From Chiloscyllium plagiosum (lineage: Eukaryota): a stretch of 64,000 nt of DNA. The position numbers and the translations under genes are program-made. The stretch is from NCBI RefSeq assembly GCF_004010195.1, contig NW_025215381.1, forward strand, positions 1,198,906 through 1,262,905. The letters are read 5' to 3'. This document shows, piece by piece, positions 12,470 to 28,070 of this stretch (its first letter is position 1; each line of letters starts with the position of its first letter). The notes under the pieces were generated by a model. That model was not told the origin of the DNA and did not search any database. It saw only the letters and a program-made list of their open reading frames with translations.

Positions 12470-15330
12470 GACCCTTAGTTACGGACTTGGCTGATTGAAA
12501 CTGAATATCCTCTTTACACTATCAAAATTGTTCATAATTTTGAACACCTCAATAAGATCACCTTTCTACTCTTGTCTGCTCCAAAAGAGAATAAACCCAA
12601 TTTCTCTAATCTTGTCTCTAAAGTCCCCCGTTCGTGTTGCCATTCTTTTGATCTCACTCTCTAGAACTTTGAGCCCAGGACTGAAAACAATACTCTGTGG
12701 TCTGGATAATGATTTGTAGATGAATAGTGTCACTTCCTTGCATTTGTACGCTATGCTTCTGTTTATAAAGCCTTTATAAGCCACCTTAGCAACTGTTTCA
12801 ACTTGCCTGGCCACCTTCAGAGAATTGCCTGAGGTCCCTCTGCTCCTGTACTGCCCTCAAACTTGCACCATTTGATTCTGTGTCTCTCCAGTATTTCTTC
12901 TACCAAAGTGCATTACTTCATATTTGTCTGCGTAGAATTTCATATGGCATGCGTTTGCTTATTTGGCCAACTTGTTAACGTTCCTGTCAAGTTGGTCAGC
13001 ATAATCATAACAATTCAATATTCTTCCAGTTTAGGGTCATCTGTAAATTTAGATTTTGATCTCAATATCCATGTCCAAATCATTTATATAAATCAGAAAA
13101 AGCAAATGTGTCAACACCAATCCCTAGACTCCTCTCCAATCTGAGATATGCTCATCTATATAAAAATAATTTTTATAAAATCCTGGAGGGTAGGGGGATA
13201 GGGTGAATAGTCAAGGCCTTTTTCTTAGGTTGGGGAGGTCTAAAACTGGAGGGGCATAGGTTTAAGATGAGAAGGGAAAGATGTAAAATAAGCCTGAAGG
13301 GTAACTCTTTGATGCAGAAGTGTTTCCTCTAATCCCTGTGTTTTAGCCAACTTCTAATCCATGTTGCTAAAGACGCATCAATCCCAAACATTTCTAATTT
13401 GCTAAACAACCTACCATGTGGCATTGCATCAAATTATTTTTGAGAAGCCAACTGAAGAACATCCACAGTAGTACCCTCATCCACTGCCTGTGTCACCTTG
13501 TTAAAGAACTCAATCAAATTTGACAGTCATGATTTGCCCTTGACAAAGCCATGTTGACTGTCTAGTATTACCTTAGCTGTCTGTAAGTGTATCCCATATT
13601 ATTGCCTCCATCAGTTTTCCTAATGCTGATGTAAAGCTGACAAGTCTGTAGTTTCCTGGGTTATTCTTTACCCCTTAAATAGTGGTGTCACGTTTGCAAT
13701 CCTCCAGGACGAAGTCTGTGTTCAGAAAGGCCTGGAAAATCTCTGGCACAGCTCTGCAATTTGCTCTATCTAGAGTGCATCCTATCCAGGTCTTTTCTAA
13801 TTTGCTCTTTTCTAACTGCCAGCCCTTTTAGCACTACTTAATCTGTCACTGTACTGGTCATTTGCATAACAACCACATTTCAACTAGGCCATCATGACTG
13901 CTTTCTAGTTTGATAAAGACTGAAGCAAAATATTCTTTAGCACCTTTACCATATTCTTTGTTCCGGTGCACAGCTTGTTCCTTTTGGGCTTCACTTTATC
14001 CTTCACTAATCTTTTACTATTAAATGTTTAAAGAATACTTTAAAACTTGTTTTAACACATCCCTTCCTCATACTACTACTAATTTCTTATTCCAGATTTT
14101 GCAAATCATCTGCATTTGAGATACTCTTCCTGATTTCTGTTGCGATTATTATTCCAGTCTGCATCATATGCCTCCTTTTCTTTACTTTTTTTTTCAATAT
14201 CATTAGTCATCCAGGGTATTGTACCCCGCATTTCATTCTCCTCTCTTTTGAATTTCTCTCCTTTTTTCATTCCCTGTTTTATTCGCCAAGGTTCATTTCT
14301 AATCAACATACTCCAATTCAACTTTCAGACCCCTAAAATCTACCCTTTCCAGTATGGAATATTTTATTATTCACTTTTTTTTAAAGCATTTTTCCAACTT
14401 AATATTGAACCTTATTGTGATTGCTATTTCCCAAATGCTTCGCCACCTTGATGTTCTGCATTTGGCCTACCTCAGGACCAGATCTAACATCACTCCTTCC
14501 CTGCTAGGGCTGGAAATATACTGATGCAGAAAGTTCGCCTGAATACATTTCGGTGATTCCTCCACTTCTTCTGTGCCCCACAATCTACCTTTTTTGCAGT
14601 CTGCCCTGAAATCACCAACTATTGCAATCATACTTGTCCTGCAGATTTCTTGCTTTACAAATTTCTTGCTCTCACTACTTCCTGCCTGCCATTTGGAGAA
14701 CTAGAATAGGTACCCAGTAAGGTCACCACTCCTTTCCTGTTTCTCACCTCCAACCGTCCAGATTCCAATCCAGGAGCTGCATCTCATGCAAGGACAATTT
14801 ATGCTATCAATGACCCAAGATCGCTACACTACCCCTCCCTCCTTTTTTTTTAAAAGCACAGTTTCTCCTAAAAGCCTTATAACCCTGGATGTGAAGTATC
14901 CAGTCCTGTTCTGGTTTGAGTCGAGAGTGTGGTGCTGGAAAAGCACAACAGGGCAGGAGAGTCAACGTTTCGGACAAAGCCCCTCATCAGGATCGAGGCC
15001 CTTACGCATACAATTTAACTCTTTCATGCCCACTGGAAGGCAACCATTTATTTGTTCACTATCAAATCTTAAGCCTTCCTTCACTTATTTTTCCCCATTC
15101 ATGATCTTCTCTCTTTTGCCCTATCTGTTAACTTCCAAAACTAGGCCCATTAGTCAACCCACCTCACTGCTTTACAAATTTCAATCCACCCCCACCACAC
15201 TATTTACACACAGATTAATTCCGTATCTGCTCAAGTGAAGCCCATCTCATCTGACCAGCTTTTTCCTTTCCCAAAGGTGATCTCAGTGTCTCAAAAATCT
15301 AAACCCCTCCCTTCCAAACTATCCCACAAG
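12470..15330 (-). mobile_element. Old degraded CR1-like LINE remnants
   Basis: Degenerate RT/endonuclease translations (FIYKSLSRPQ, IPWMTNDIEK); boundaries approximate. Confidence 0.55.
14917..14993 (-). mobile_element. Penelope terminal fragment, family 1, hammerhead core on minus strand
   Basis: Reverse complement of 14964-14990 = CTGATGA GGGGC TTT GTCC GAAAC GTT. Confidence 0.75.
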
Positions 15331-15558
15331 ACGCACAGTATCTAAATTTCTTTCTGAATCTGCTTATGTAACCCACCCAATGCCTGGATCTATAAGCATA
15401 AAATAATTTACTTGGTTGTTCCTGTGTGTGGGATCACTGTGCAAATTGCCTCACTGCTCATATTGTAACTGTGACACCACTTCAAAAATATTTCATTTGC
15501 TGTAATGTGATTGTTTTTCAACTTTCACAATGTAAGTTTTTCTGCTGTGTGACAGTAA

Positions 15559-15876
<318 letters not shown>

Positions 15877-15937
15877 TAAAACTCTCATTATCCCCATCAA
15901 ACACCCTGAAAAGAATATAGCACAGATTGGGATCCCT

Positions 15938-16214
15938 GAAGTGACTCAGTGGTTAGCACTGTTGCCTTACGGCGCCAGGGATCCAGGTTCAATTCCACCC
16001 TCTGGCGACTGTGTGCAAACTCCACAAGGATGTTCTCCTTGTTTCTGCGTGGGTTTCCTCTGGGTGCTTCTGGTTCCTCCTATAGTCCAAAGATGTGCAT
16101 GTTAAGGTGGATTAGCCATGGGGAATGCAGGGTTGCTGGGGAGGGGGTGGGGGATGTTTCTGGGTGGGATGATCTTTGGAAGATTGGTGTGGACCCGCAG
16201 GCTGAGTGGCCTAC
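15938..16214 (+). mobile_element. HE1-type SINE
   Basis: GTGACTCAGTGGTTAGCACTG head, GGTTCAATTCC B box, CR1-like tail. Confidence 0.85.
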
Positions 16215-16280
16215 TTCCACACTACAGGGATTCTGAGAAATGAGCTGTATGAATGCAAGCTGGGAATTATTTTGGGTTAA

Positions 16281-16682
<402 letters not shown>

Positions 16683-17785
16683 TGATCTGCTACTAATGTC
16701 CATTTATCGTCTTGATTCTTAACTCTGTACACCATTTCTGAGCATGGACCATATCACTGGTAGACATGAAAGTTTGAAATGACCCCCAAGACCCAAAGCG
16801 TTTTTATAGGACATGAACACCCATTGATTCCAAATATAGAAGTAGAGCGCATGATGCAAGCACTCCAGTCTGTCCAACTACTCCATGCTAGTGTTCTGGC
16901 TCTCCTAATCATTTTATATAAATCTTTTCAACTGCATTTGTAGATCTGTCTCAACCTGTCCAGATGTGTTATGACCCACATGTGGAGGAGGTGGGACTTG
17001 AATCTGGATCTCCTGTCTTGGACCACCACACCACAAGAGCCCTCATTTGATTGTATTTTTATTCCTCAGAGTATGGAAAATCTAATTAACGTGTTTAACT
17101 TGATGTAATTACATGTTCCTTGTTAAACCTTAATATGCGTTCAAGACACAGCTTGGTCCTGACCTAATTTATTGTAAGCTTGACCTTCTCCTGTGTCTTC
17201 CTTTTTTTTCCCTTTGGTGCTTACTTATCTCGCGCTTAAATATAAGCTCAGTTTGTCTCAGCTGCTGTCTGAATATTCTCATTCTCATCGCTTCCTGAGT
17301 GAAGAATTTCCTTATGAGTTCCTTTAAAGCACTTTAGGCAGTGCCTTGTATTCTAATTCTAGTTTTGAACTCTTCCATATATAGAAACATTTTCATTCCC
17401 ACCTTATCCTGGCTGAGTGCAGTTACAATCTTACTTTCTGTCGATCAGGAAAGAGTAGTCTGCTCAAACATAGGTTAAAGCACACCTTTTTTTAAAAAAA
17501 TGTTTGAGCTGCCTTTTGATGATAATGGGGGGGGTGGTTTAATGAAGTTTCTGATATTAATTTTAATCTTGATTTTTTTCATTGTGATCCTGGCCGTCAT
17601 CCATTTTCGGACTTGGTCAAGAGCTGCCACCTGATCCAGTGCCCTCTGCTTGATTTGTTATTTGTGCTTGCCTTGTTGAATTGTGCAGGAATCAGTTGAG
17701 TTTGAATGGGTGGCACATGCAGGACATTGCTAGTGTGCACTCTCCAAACCATTCCACTCAGCTCGTATTGCGTTCATTTCTACAG

Positions 17786-17917
17786 TATCGACAGGAAGGG
17801 AAACTACCACTACTTGGTGAAGTGGAGAGATCTGTCATATGACCAGGCCACCTGGGAGAAGGATGAACTGGAAATCCCGGATTACGAAGCACTCAAAGTT
17901 GCATACTGGAATCACAG
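17786..17917 (+). CDS. CHD3: CHD3 exon: chromodomain 2
   Basis: tacag|T...AG|gtcagt; [24 protein letters not shown]...YWNH. Confidence 0.95.
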
Positions 17918-18306
17918 GTCAGTGAGGACAGGAATGTGTGCCGTTTTTCATACAGCATACTGTTACCTCTGGGATACTCCAGAAGTCGGTGCTGGGCCTC
18001 AGCAATTGCCAGACTTCAAAATTTCCTGTCGTAAGTGTGGGCAGTTGATCGTTGAATACATTCAAGGCTGAATTTTAGACATCGAGAGAATGAGGGGATA
18101 TAAAAAGTTGAGAAAGTGATGCAGAGATCAGCCTTATTATTATCGAATGGCAGAGCAGGCATGAGAGACCGTATGATCTGCTTCTGTTTTTTGTGAACTT
18201 GAATGTTGCCAGTTGTCTACAAGCATAGCATGCTCAATGTACTCTTCTGATATGCATAAGATGGCTGCTGATATCTAGCTTTAACCCCGTGCTGTTTCTG
18301 CTGCAG

Positions 18307-18412
18307 GGAGATGATCAGTGGGGAGGAACCCACCAGGCCCAAGAAAACAAAGAAGTTCAAGAAAATAAAGGAGTTCTTGGCAGACAAGCCTCCTGGCTCG
18401 CCTGTAACAGAA
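18307..18412 (+). CDS. CHD3: CHD3 exon: basic linker before ATPase
   Basis: ctgcag|G...GAA|gtgagt; EMISGEEPTRPKKTKKFKKIKEFLADKPPGSPVTE; phases fit neighbours. Confidence 0.9.
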
Positions 18413-19689
18413 GTGAGTAGGGAATGGAGGCATGGGACTGTCTAGTGTTCGTAGTCTGGGCCGGGCTTCTAATTAAAGCAATAGAGAAGGATAACCACTC
18501 TACTTTGTTTTAATTAAAAGCCAAAGTATTTGGTGACACAGAACTGTATATTGGGACATAAATGGTGGTGAGGGGTGATCAGAATGAATTATGATTTTAA
18601 GCAGTAAAGAAGCTTGACCCCAATGATCACTCTTTAGTATATGGGGTACACATTCAAACTCCAAAGTTGACTAGCAAATCAATGACTGCACAGAGCATGT
18701 GAGAGAAGAATATAACAACAACTCATTAAAAAAGGAAACTAAATCAATCTTAGGCTGCATGTGTTACATAAGAAACCGATCAGATAAACTGGCAGGTCTC
18801 TTCTAGCTGTTATGATTTGATTTGTAAGAGATTTTGGAACTTCCAGCTTACTTTATTTCAGTATGATAGATGAAGTTATGTGTAATAAGCAGTAGGAATT
18901 GCAGACTTCACGCTTCTAAATGGGGGAATAAAGGTTTGGTTTTGTCACTTGATGTCAATGTTGGGGATTATCCTGCAGTCTTTGGCGTTGTGTTGTACTC
19001 TATAATCACACAACTGAATATCTTAAGCCAGCACCAGTGACCGTCTAGTACCAGTACTGCACTGTCAGGCTTTTGATTCCAAGCTTCTGATTTGAAGCCA
19101 ACATTCTACCGGATGAAGTGACACTTTTGCCTTCACCATGTTCTATTCCTCTATTTAATTCCAGAACTAATGTCAAATGTCTTTTCAGTCCGTCTTGCTA
19201 CTAGATTTAATGGCCTTCCTGATAATTGAGGTCCTCCATAACTGTTACTTTACCATTCACTTCTTATTTGGTATTTGATCTAGGACTCCCCAAAATTCCT
19301 TTTTAAAATTTCCCAATGTCAATTCCTGTTCGTATTCCTAAATGCCACCACCATTGTGTTTTTAGTAAGCCCCAACAATCCAACTTCCTTAAGTGTTTTT
19401 TCTTGTTTCCTGACTCAACTTGGCTGGCATGTTCCTCCAATGGGTGGCATCCTTGCTTCTGAGTTAGTAGCTTGTTGGTTCAAGTTTCACACCAAAGACT
19501 TGAGCACAAAAAAAACATTGGTGTTGTATTGAGGAAATCGTGCTCCTAAGTTAAATGGAAGTTGCATCCATCCTGTTCAGACATAAGATTATTTTAGATA
19601 TTTTAGAGAATAAAAATTTTCCCAGTACCCCGCCAAAATGGCTCTTTTCAGCAACACCAGCAAAACATGAACCTGGTCCTTCACTGCTA

Positions 19690-19968
19690 CTTATCCCCAC
19701 AGTGGAGAAACAGGCCAAACAAGTCCACACCGACCCTCTGAAGAGTGTCCCATCCAGACCTAACCCCCACACCCCCTCCCCACCCCATCCTTATAACCCT
19801 GCATTTTCTGTGGCTACACATCAAACCTACACATTCCTGAACATTGGGTAATTTTAGCATGGCTAATCCACTTAACTTGCATGTCTTTGGACTGTGGGAG
19901 GAAACTGGAGCACCAAGAGAGAGCACCCATGCAGACACTGGGAGAATGTGCAAACTTCACACACAGTT
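19690..19968 (-). mobile_element. HE1-type SINE, 5' truncated
   Basis: Body and tail match other copies. Confidence 0.8.
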
Positions 19969-19994
19969 GTGGGGACCTTGCAAAAATGGACTGG

Positions 19995-20340
19995 ACTGTT
20001 TGTGTTTTTTTTCGCTTACCAGAGAAGGGTATCTGTGGCTGCACTAGCATTTTTTTGCCATCCCTAATTGCCCTTGAGAAAGTGGTGGTGAGTGCCTTGA
20101 ACCACTGAAATCCATCTGGTGTAGACACACCCACATTACTATTAGGAACAGAATTCTAGCATTTTGACCCAGTGGCTGAAGGAATGGTGATATAATTTCA
20201 AATTAGGATTGTGAGTAACTTGGAGAGGAACTTGCAGCACCTGGTGTTCCCATTTATCTGTTGCTCTTATCTTTCTAAATGGAAGTGGTTGAGGGTTTGG
20301 AAGAAGCTATGTAAGTCACTTCGGTGAGTTGTAGCATTGG
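19995..20340 (-). mobile_element. CR1/L2-group LINE 3' end (second family)
   Basis: Similar to 36900-37200 and 55840-56270. Confidence 0.6.
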
Positions 20341-20528
20341 TCACCCTTTAAAAGTATTTCATTGACAGTATAGGACTTTGGGACTTGGGAGATTATGAAA
20401 GGTTACAAATGAATTATTTCTAAAAGGCAAAGTTCTGACGTTTTTTACTTTATTAGCCCCCACCTTGCCACAAAAGCCGTCACGTTGTGTCATTCCAGCG
20501 CTGTGCTTTTTGTCTGAAGGTTGCATAA

Positions 20529-20795
<267 letters not shown>

Positions 20796-22209
20796 TAAGA
20801 GTAGGAGCGTGGTAGTGTATTTCAAGAGGCATGAAGTTGCTGTACCAAGGCTTGGACTATTCATCTGGAGAAGTATATTAATTGAATCATCAAAGATCAG
20901 TAACTGCAAAGCTGTAAAGGTAAGAAAATAGTGGTCTTTCATTGATGCCCTTTTTTATGGAGCAAAGCCAAAATCATCATCGCTTGAACCTGTGCGAGTC
21001 CAGTCTCATGTCAATATAGTTGACTTGCATCCTCTTACAGATGTGGCCCTGTGAATTATTCCAATGCCACAGCGTTGGAATGAATGATGCTAGCAACCCC
21101 AGAATAGTGTTTGTATTTGGGGTTAGTGTTTTGAGCAGACAGGGTATTGGGAAGCTACCTGCATTGCCACTGTGAGATTAACGGATTTTTCCAATTTATT
21201 TTCCCATGCAATGTGGCATCATTGGGTAAGGCCAACATTTGTTGTCCATCCATCTTTCCTTTTGAACTGAGTGGATTGCCAGGCCATTTCAGAGGGCAAA
21301 TGAGAGTCATTCACATTGTAGGTCAGATGGAGAGGAAATCTGTTTTGCCTAAATGCCATTCATAATGGCAAGAGGGATTTTTAAGACAATTGATAACTTC
21401 TTGGTCAATATTTGAGACTGCCTTTTATATCCCAGATTTATTAGTTGAATCCCATTGGTGCGGTTTGACCCAGTGTCTCCAGAGCATTAGCTTGGTCCTC
21501 TGGGAGGTTAAGCCAGTGAATTATCACTATGCTATGCTTTGTCTCTTTAGATTCACACTTTTGTTTTATTTTGAAAATCACAGGTCAGCTGGTCCTGAGA
21601 ACGCTCAGTCCGAGCGTCAAACTTTGTCTGATGATGCCTTAGGGAGTGTTTTCATATTGAAGGGTTATGTAATTTTAAAATATTGTTGAGGTCATTTAGA
21701 ATTTAATTGCTAGTTATTGGAGGAAATTTCCAGGTTGCCAGGCTCTTGAGAATTCCAGTTCCACGTTGGGAAATGGTGCATTTTCTTACTCCATCTCCAT
21801 TGGGCATTCTGGATTTTGTCCACCATTCCAACTGGACTGATTAGTTATACATTTTGAGTACAATTGGATTGTTCTCCACCTTCTCAGAGTGGGGCGTTTT
21901 GGATTTGAAATGACCTCCTGTAGGATAAGTGGATCTCCATTGCAGAAAATTGAATATCTACTTCATCTGAAATAGGATAGCAAGTCAGCAGCCCAGAATT
22001 ATACTTGCTCAAAATTCTACATCTGTTTCTAAAATTGGCATCTTTTACAATTTAAAAGCTCAGTTTAGTGTGAATTCCCAAAGTGATGGGGACACAGTAG
22101 GATACTTTCACAGATTTTTTTGGTGCTTCCCAGTGGAAAAGAATGGGTTTGAAATCCTATCTGGTCATTTAGCCTGCTATCAGACATCTTCAGCTACCAT
22201 CTGTAAAAG

Positions 22210-22518
22210 GGGTGTAGGTTTGCTCGCTGAGCTCTAGGTTTGATATCCAGACGTTTCATTACGTGGCTAGGTAACATCATCAGTGGCGACCTTCAGTGAA
22301 GTGAAGCTGTTGTCTCCTGCTTTCTATTTATATATTTGTCCTGGATGGGACCCATCCAGAACAAACATAAATAGAAAGCAGGAGACAACAGCTTCGCTTC
22401 ACTGAAAGTCGCCACTGATGTTACCTAGCCAGGTAATGAAATGTCTGGATATCAAACCTAGAGCTCAGCGAGCAAACCTACACCCTAAACCTCAATCTGA
22501 GCTACAAACCTTGCAAAA
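22210..22518. mobile_element. Penelope-derived palindrome, family 3, intact antisense hammerhead motif
   Basis: Arms 22210-22349/22351-22485 around centre 22350; TSD ACCATCT(G/A)TAAAAG at 22196-209 and 22519-32. Confidence 0.88.
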
Positions 22519-22853
22519 ACCATCTATAAAAGTTTCAGCTCATCCAAAATTCTGTCCCATATCCTCCTTCATACCCAGTTCCTTTTGCCAATCAGCTTTG
22601 TACTTGCTAACTGGCGTTGGCTCCTGATCTGTTAACATCTTTAAATATAGAAACAAACTCTTCCTAGTCCTTGCTGTCCTCTTCCCCTATAATCTCTTCC
22701 AGCTCTGCACCCAAATCCTTATACCTCTGATATCTCTCCCATTTTCTGTCATTCCACCATTGGTGACCTGGTTGGGCTCTGAGCTTTGAATACCTATCAG
22801 TTGATCTGCACCTTTTCAGCAAGTCACTTGGCACTGTTGTTCTGTTAATGTAA

Positions 22854-23231
<378 letters not shown>

Positions 23232-23342
23232 TGACTTTGGGTTGGGCTTTGGGCATAACCTGAAAACAACTTAAACTGGAAAAGGGACCGTTTTGAAAGT
23301 ATCCTAAGCTGTTCTAACTAATGTTGTATTTTTTTTTTGTAG

Positions 23343-23952
<610 letters not shown>

Positions 23953-24212
23953 TAATTCTGGTAGTGACCACCCTGGCTCAACACTTCATTCCGTGGTTGT
24001 GGGCATGGCTGATGTTTATTCCTCTTTCGACGTTATGATGGTAGAGTTGGTAACTGAGTGTCCAGCTTGGCCATTTCAGAATGTAGTCAAGTCATTCAGG
24101 TCAGCAAGCGTCTGGTGTCATCTACAAACCCTGACGTATTCTGACCTCCATGAAGACCCCTAACTTCTAAAGCGCTGAATTCCCATTTGCCAATTCAAAA
24201 GAGAATGCTACG

Positions 24213-24520
24213 TAGAATCCCCACATGCCGTTCAACCCATTGAGTCCACACCAACCCTCCGAAGAACATCCCACCCAGGCCTACCTCCTCTGCTGTCCCT
24301 GTAGTCGTGCATTTCCCATGGTTAATCCATCTGGGATACTACAGGCCATTTAGTGTGGCCAGTTCACTCAACCAGTACATCTTTGGACTGTACAGCAAGA
24401 AACTACAGCACCTGAAAGAAAACCATGCAGACGTGAGAATGTGCAAAGTCCACACACAGTTGCCCGAGGGTGGAATTGAATCTGGTTCCCTGGTGCTGTC
24501 AGGCAGTACTGCTGCCTGAC
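24213..24520 (-). mobile_element. HE1-type SINE, diverged
   Basis: Similarity to other copies. Confidence 0.75.
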
Positions 24521-24568
24521 AAAGTTACACATTTTGAGACTTGTACTGTAACTAACAAAAGTAAAGTA

Positions 24569-24753
24569 CAGGGGGTTCCTGATTTAAAGACATCCAACTT
24601 ATGAACATGATCTCATACTGGGATATAATTTTAAATACTGACATTTGAACATTTCCTGCACTAACAATTCCTTTATGTTGCCCTGCATTGTGTACACATC
24701 GACTTGCAGATGGACTCCAGAACGGAACCTTTTAGCAATCTGGGAACTGCCTG
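24569..24753. mobile_element. Tc1/mariner (Tigger/pogo-like) MITE
   Basis: TA|CAGGGGGTTCCTGATT ... AATCTGGGAACTGCCTG|TA imperfect TIRs with TA flanks. Confidence 0.55.
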
Positions 24754-25555
24754 TAACATCCAGCCTCCATCAGGCTCACTTCTTGTTTCATTAAGTTGTA
24801 AAGCTCACTGTCTGTTTTGGAAGCAGTTTCCCTCAGAAGCGTAACCATCTTCTAGTAGCAAGGCCCTTTCTGGTAATGATTCCTTTCAGCATCCTCCAGT
24901 TCTCTTTCCTATCTAAAGATTTTAGTCTCTAACCAGAAAATAACACCTGCAAGGTGACTTTTGGAAGGCCATTTTCTTCTGCTATTCACATGTCTGTCTG
25001 TTTGTTTCTCCTCCCCATTCTCTCAGCATTAAAGATTGGGATTGAATGACATGCTGATGCCTGCAGCCCGTGAAAGAATAAACAAAGGAGACTGCTTAAA
25101 ACCTAACCGTTGTACAAGACCTCACGCTTCTGACCAAGTGTAGATTTTGCAATAATCTAGTAGTTTCATGGTTATTTCTTCAGTTTATTTTCAAACATTA
25201 AGAGCACAATATAAATCCTCATGCTGTTACAGAGGAGCTTGAACTTAAATTCTCAATTATTCCTGCAAACCTCTGGATTACATTAGTCTGCTAACATAAC
25301 CACTGCATAGCTGTGTGTGGGATGAGTGATATTTTTGAAGGCGAATTTGTAGTTCATCCCTACTTCCCAACTGAGTGACTCGGTGAGTCACTGAAAAAAT
25401 CCTTCGAAGTCAGAAGGTGACTTGTGCAGTACCTGTCAGCGTCCCCCAGTGGTGTGCAGCTTTGTACAGAAGCGTACACACCTTCCCACAACAGTGAATA
25501 CAACAAACTCCCAGAAACAAGTTTGTATGCTGATGGCCAGACAACCCAGTCCAGT

Positions 25556-26077
25556 GATTAGATTAGATTAGATTAGATTTAGATTACTTAGTGTGGAAAT
25601 AGGCCCTTCGGCCCAACCAGTCCACACCGACCCACCGAAGCGCAACCCACCCTGATCTATTTACCCTTTCAGGAAACACTACGGGCAATTTAGCATGGCC
25701 AGTTCACCTAACCTGCACATTTTTTGCTCTGGTTTCCTCCCACAATCCAAAAATGTGCAGGTTAGGTGAATTAGCCATGCTAAATTGCCCATAGTGTTAG
25801 CTGAAGGAGTAAATGTAAGAGTATGGGTCTGGGTGGTATACGCTTCGGCAGGTCGGTGTGGACTTGTTGGGCCGAAGGGCCTGTTTCCACACTGTAAGTA
25901 ATCTAATCTAATCTAATTTTTGGACTGTGGGAGGAAACCGGAGCACCCAGAGGAAACCCACGCAGACACTGGGAGAATGTGCAAACTCCACACAGACAGT
26001 TGCCTGAGGCAGGAATTGAACCCGGATCACTGGCGCTGCAAGGCAGCAGTGCTAACCACTGAGCCACCGTGCTGCCC
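25556..26077 (-). mobile_element. HE1-type SINE with an opposite-strand SINE nested at 25725-25916
   Basis: Outer copy resumes at 25917; inner copy ends in (ATCTA)n tail. Confidence 0.9.
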
Positions 26078-26495
26078 ATCAGCTGAAAGATGTGTTCGGT
26101 CAGATGGCTGGGGCAATACCTCCTGTCCTTTTCTTTGCAAAAAAAAACAGACCATCTGAAAGCAACCAGGATATTGAGTTTACACCTCGCCTCGCCTCAC
26201 CTCACCTGAAAGATGGCACCCTCCAATAGTACACAGCTCCCTCCTTACTGGGGGGCTGGGCAATAAATGCTGGCCGGCCAGTGACTCCCATGTAACGCAA
26301 TTGAATTTTTTTTTTAAAAAACTGAATATGAGCCTGGATCATTTGTTACAGTCTCTGGAGGCAGAATTGAACCTACAACCATTTTTGCTTCAGAGTTCTA
26401 CGGCCAAGTCAAAGTCTGGGCTTGCCTGCTATAAGTTACTTTCTTTGCTCCTTAGAGCCATGTATTGAGCTCTGAGAACTTGCAAATTGAGGTAA

Positions 26496-26660
<165 letters not shown>

Positions 26661-27119
26661 TAAGTGCCACTTTAAAAATGGCAGGGGCAGGAGGGACTTT
26701 TGACCTTCCACATTTGGGAATTTGGGGCTTTTTTTTTTGCAAAAGGAAGCTTCATTGGTTATAAAGTGTAGTTCTGTTGTAATTCTTAAGAAAAACTGTC
26801 ACAAATCGCAATGTGATATTAACCAAATTTTGTTAGTGATTTTCTTTTCTTTTGCAAAATTCCTTGCATCGGTGTGAGCTCTGCTCTTTGTTCAAATTGG
26901 ATTCGTGCGGTGACATCTGTTGAGAATCCTTTTTTTTATTATTCATTTGAAAGAATAAGCACTTGTAATATTTCACACCTGTAAAGGTATGTTTAAAATA
27001 AAAGTAAAACCTTACGAGATGTTGGTATTCAGAACCATTGGAAACATTAATATTAGCTGTGTTTCCCTACTTGAGAGGGCAGACGAGACCATTCCTTGGC
27101 CATCAAGTTATCCACTTAG

Positions 27120-28070
27120 GTCAATGTTGACAAGGATGCCACAGGGGGCTGCTAAATAAGATCAAGGGTAAGGTGCTGGCACGGATCGATTGGCTGCAAT
27201 GCAGAAGGAGGCGGTACAGAAAACTATTCTTGTTATACATTTAATGGTCTGGGCAGAAGAACTGAGGATTGTTGCTAAGTTTACAGATGATGCAAGATAG
27301 GTGGCTAGACTGATAGTTGAGGAAGTGGGGCGGTTACAGAAGGATTTGGAAAGGCTAGGAGAGTGTATTCCATCTGTCACTTTTTTGTCCAATGTTGGAA
27401 AGTGAGAGATTACTTTGCACACTTTTGTAGGAAGAATAGAGGCATAGACTATTTTCTAAGTGGGGAAAGGCTTCTGCAATCTGAAGCATAAAGTGACTTG
27501 GCAGTCCTAGTTCAGGATTCTCTTAAGGTTGACATACTAGTTCAGTTGGCAGTTGGGAAGGCAAATGCAATGTTAACACTAATTTTAAGCAAGAGCAGAT
27601 CTATACTGCTAAGGCTCTGGTCAGAGACTGCATTTGAAATATTGTGTGCAGTTTTGGGCCCCATTTGTAAGGAGGGTTGAGCTGTTGTTGAGGAGCGGTT
27701 GAGAGCTTTGTAATGATTGGAGTTTTAGGATGAGAGGGGATCATATTGAATCTTGCAGAATACTGAGAAGCTTGGATAGAGTGGACTTGAGATGATCTTT
27801 TGACTAGTTGAAGAAAATAGGACCTGAGGGCATAGCCTCAGAGTGAAAGGAGAACCCATTGGAACTGATAAGAGGAGCTTCTTCAGCCAGAGGGTGATGA
27901 ATCTGTGGAACTCAATGCTGTAAAAGGCTTTATCCCCATTCTCTTTTGCTAGGCAGCTAATCTATCCTTGCCCTGATGATATTTAGCAGCTTATCGTTAC
28001 ACTTAAGACCAAGCTAGAAAGATTCTTGGTTGGTAAGGGTTGTGGGGAGAAGGCTGGAAAATGGCATTGA
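27120..28070 (+). mobile_element. Degraded CR1 LINE 3' part
   Basis: AKFTDDA.I (KFADDT-like) and downstream RT remnants. Confidence 0.7.

Noticed and set aside
25373..25393. Short palindrome with an AP-1-like TGAGTCA
   Set aside because: Too short to distinguish from chance without conservation data
25556..25586. Short repeat array (GATTA)n
   Set aside because: SINE/CR1 3' tail microsatellite; nothing CRISPR-like in this vertebrate window
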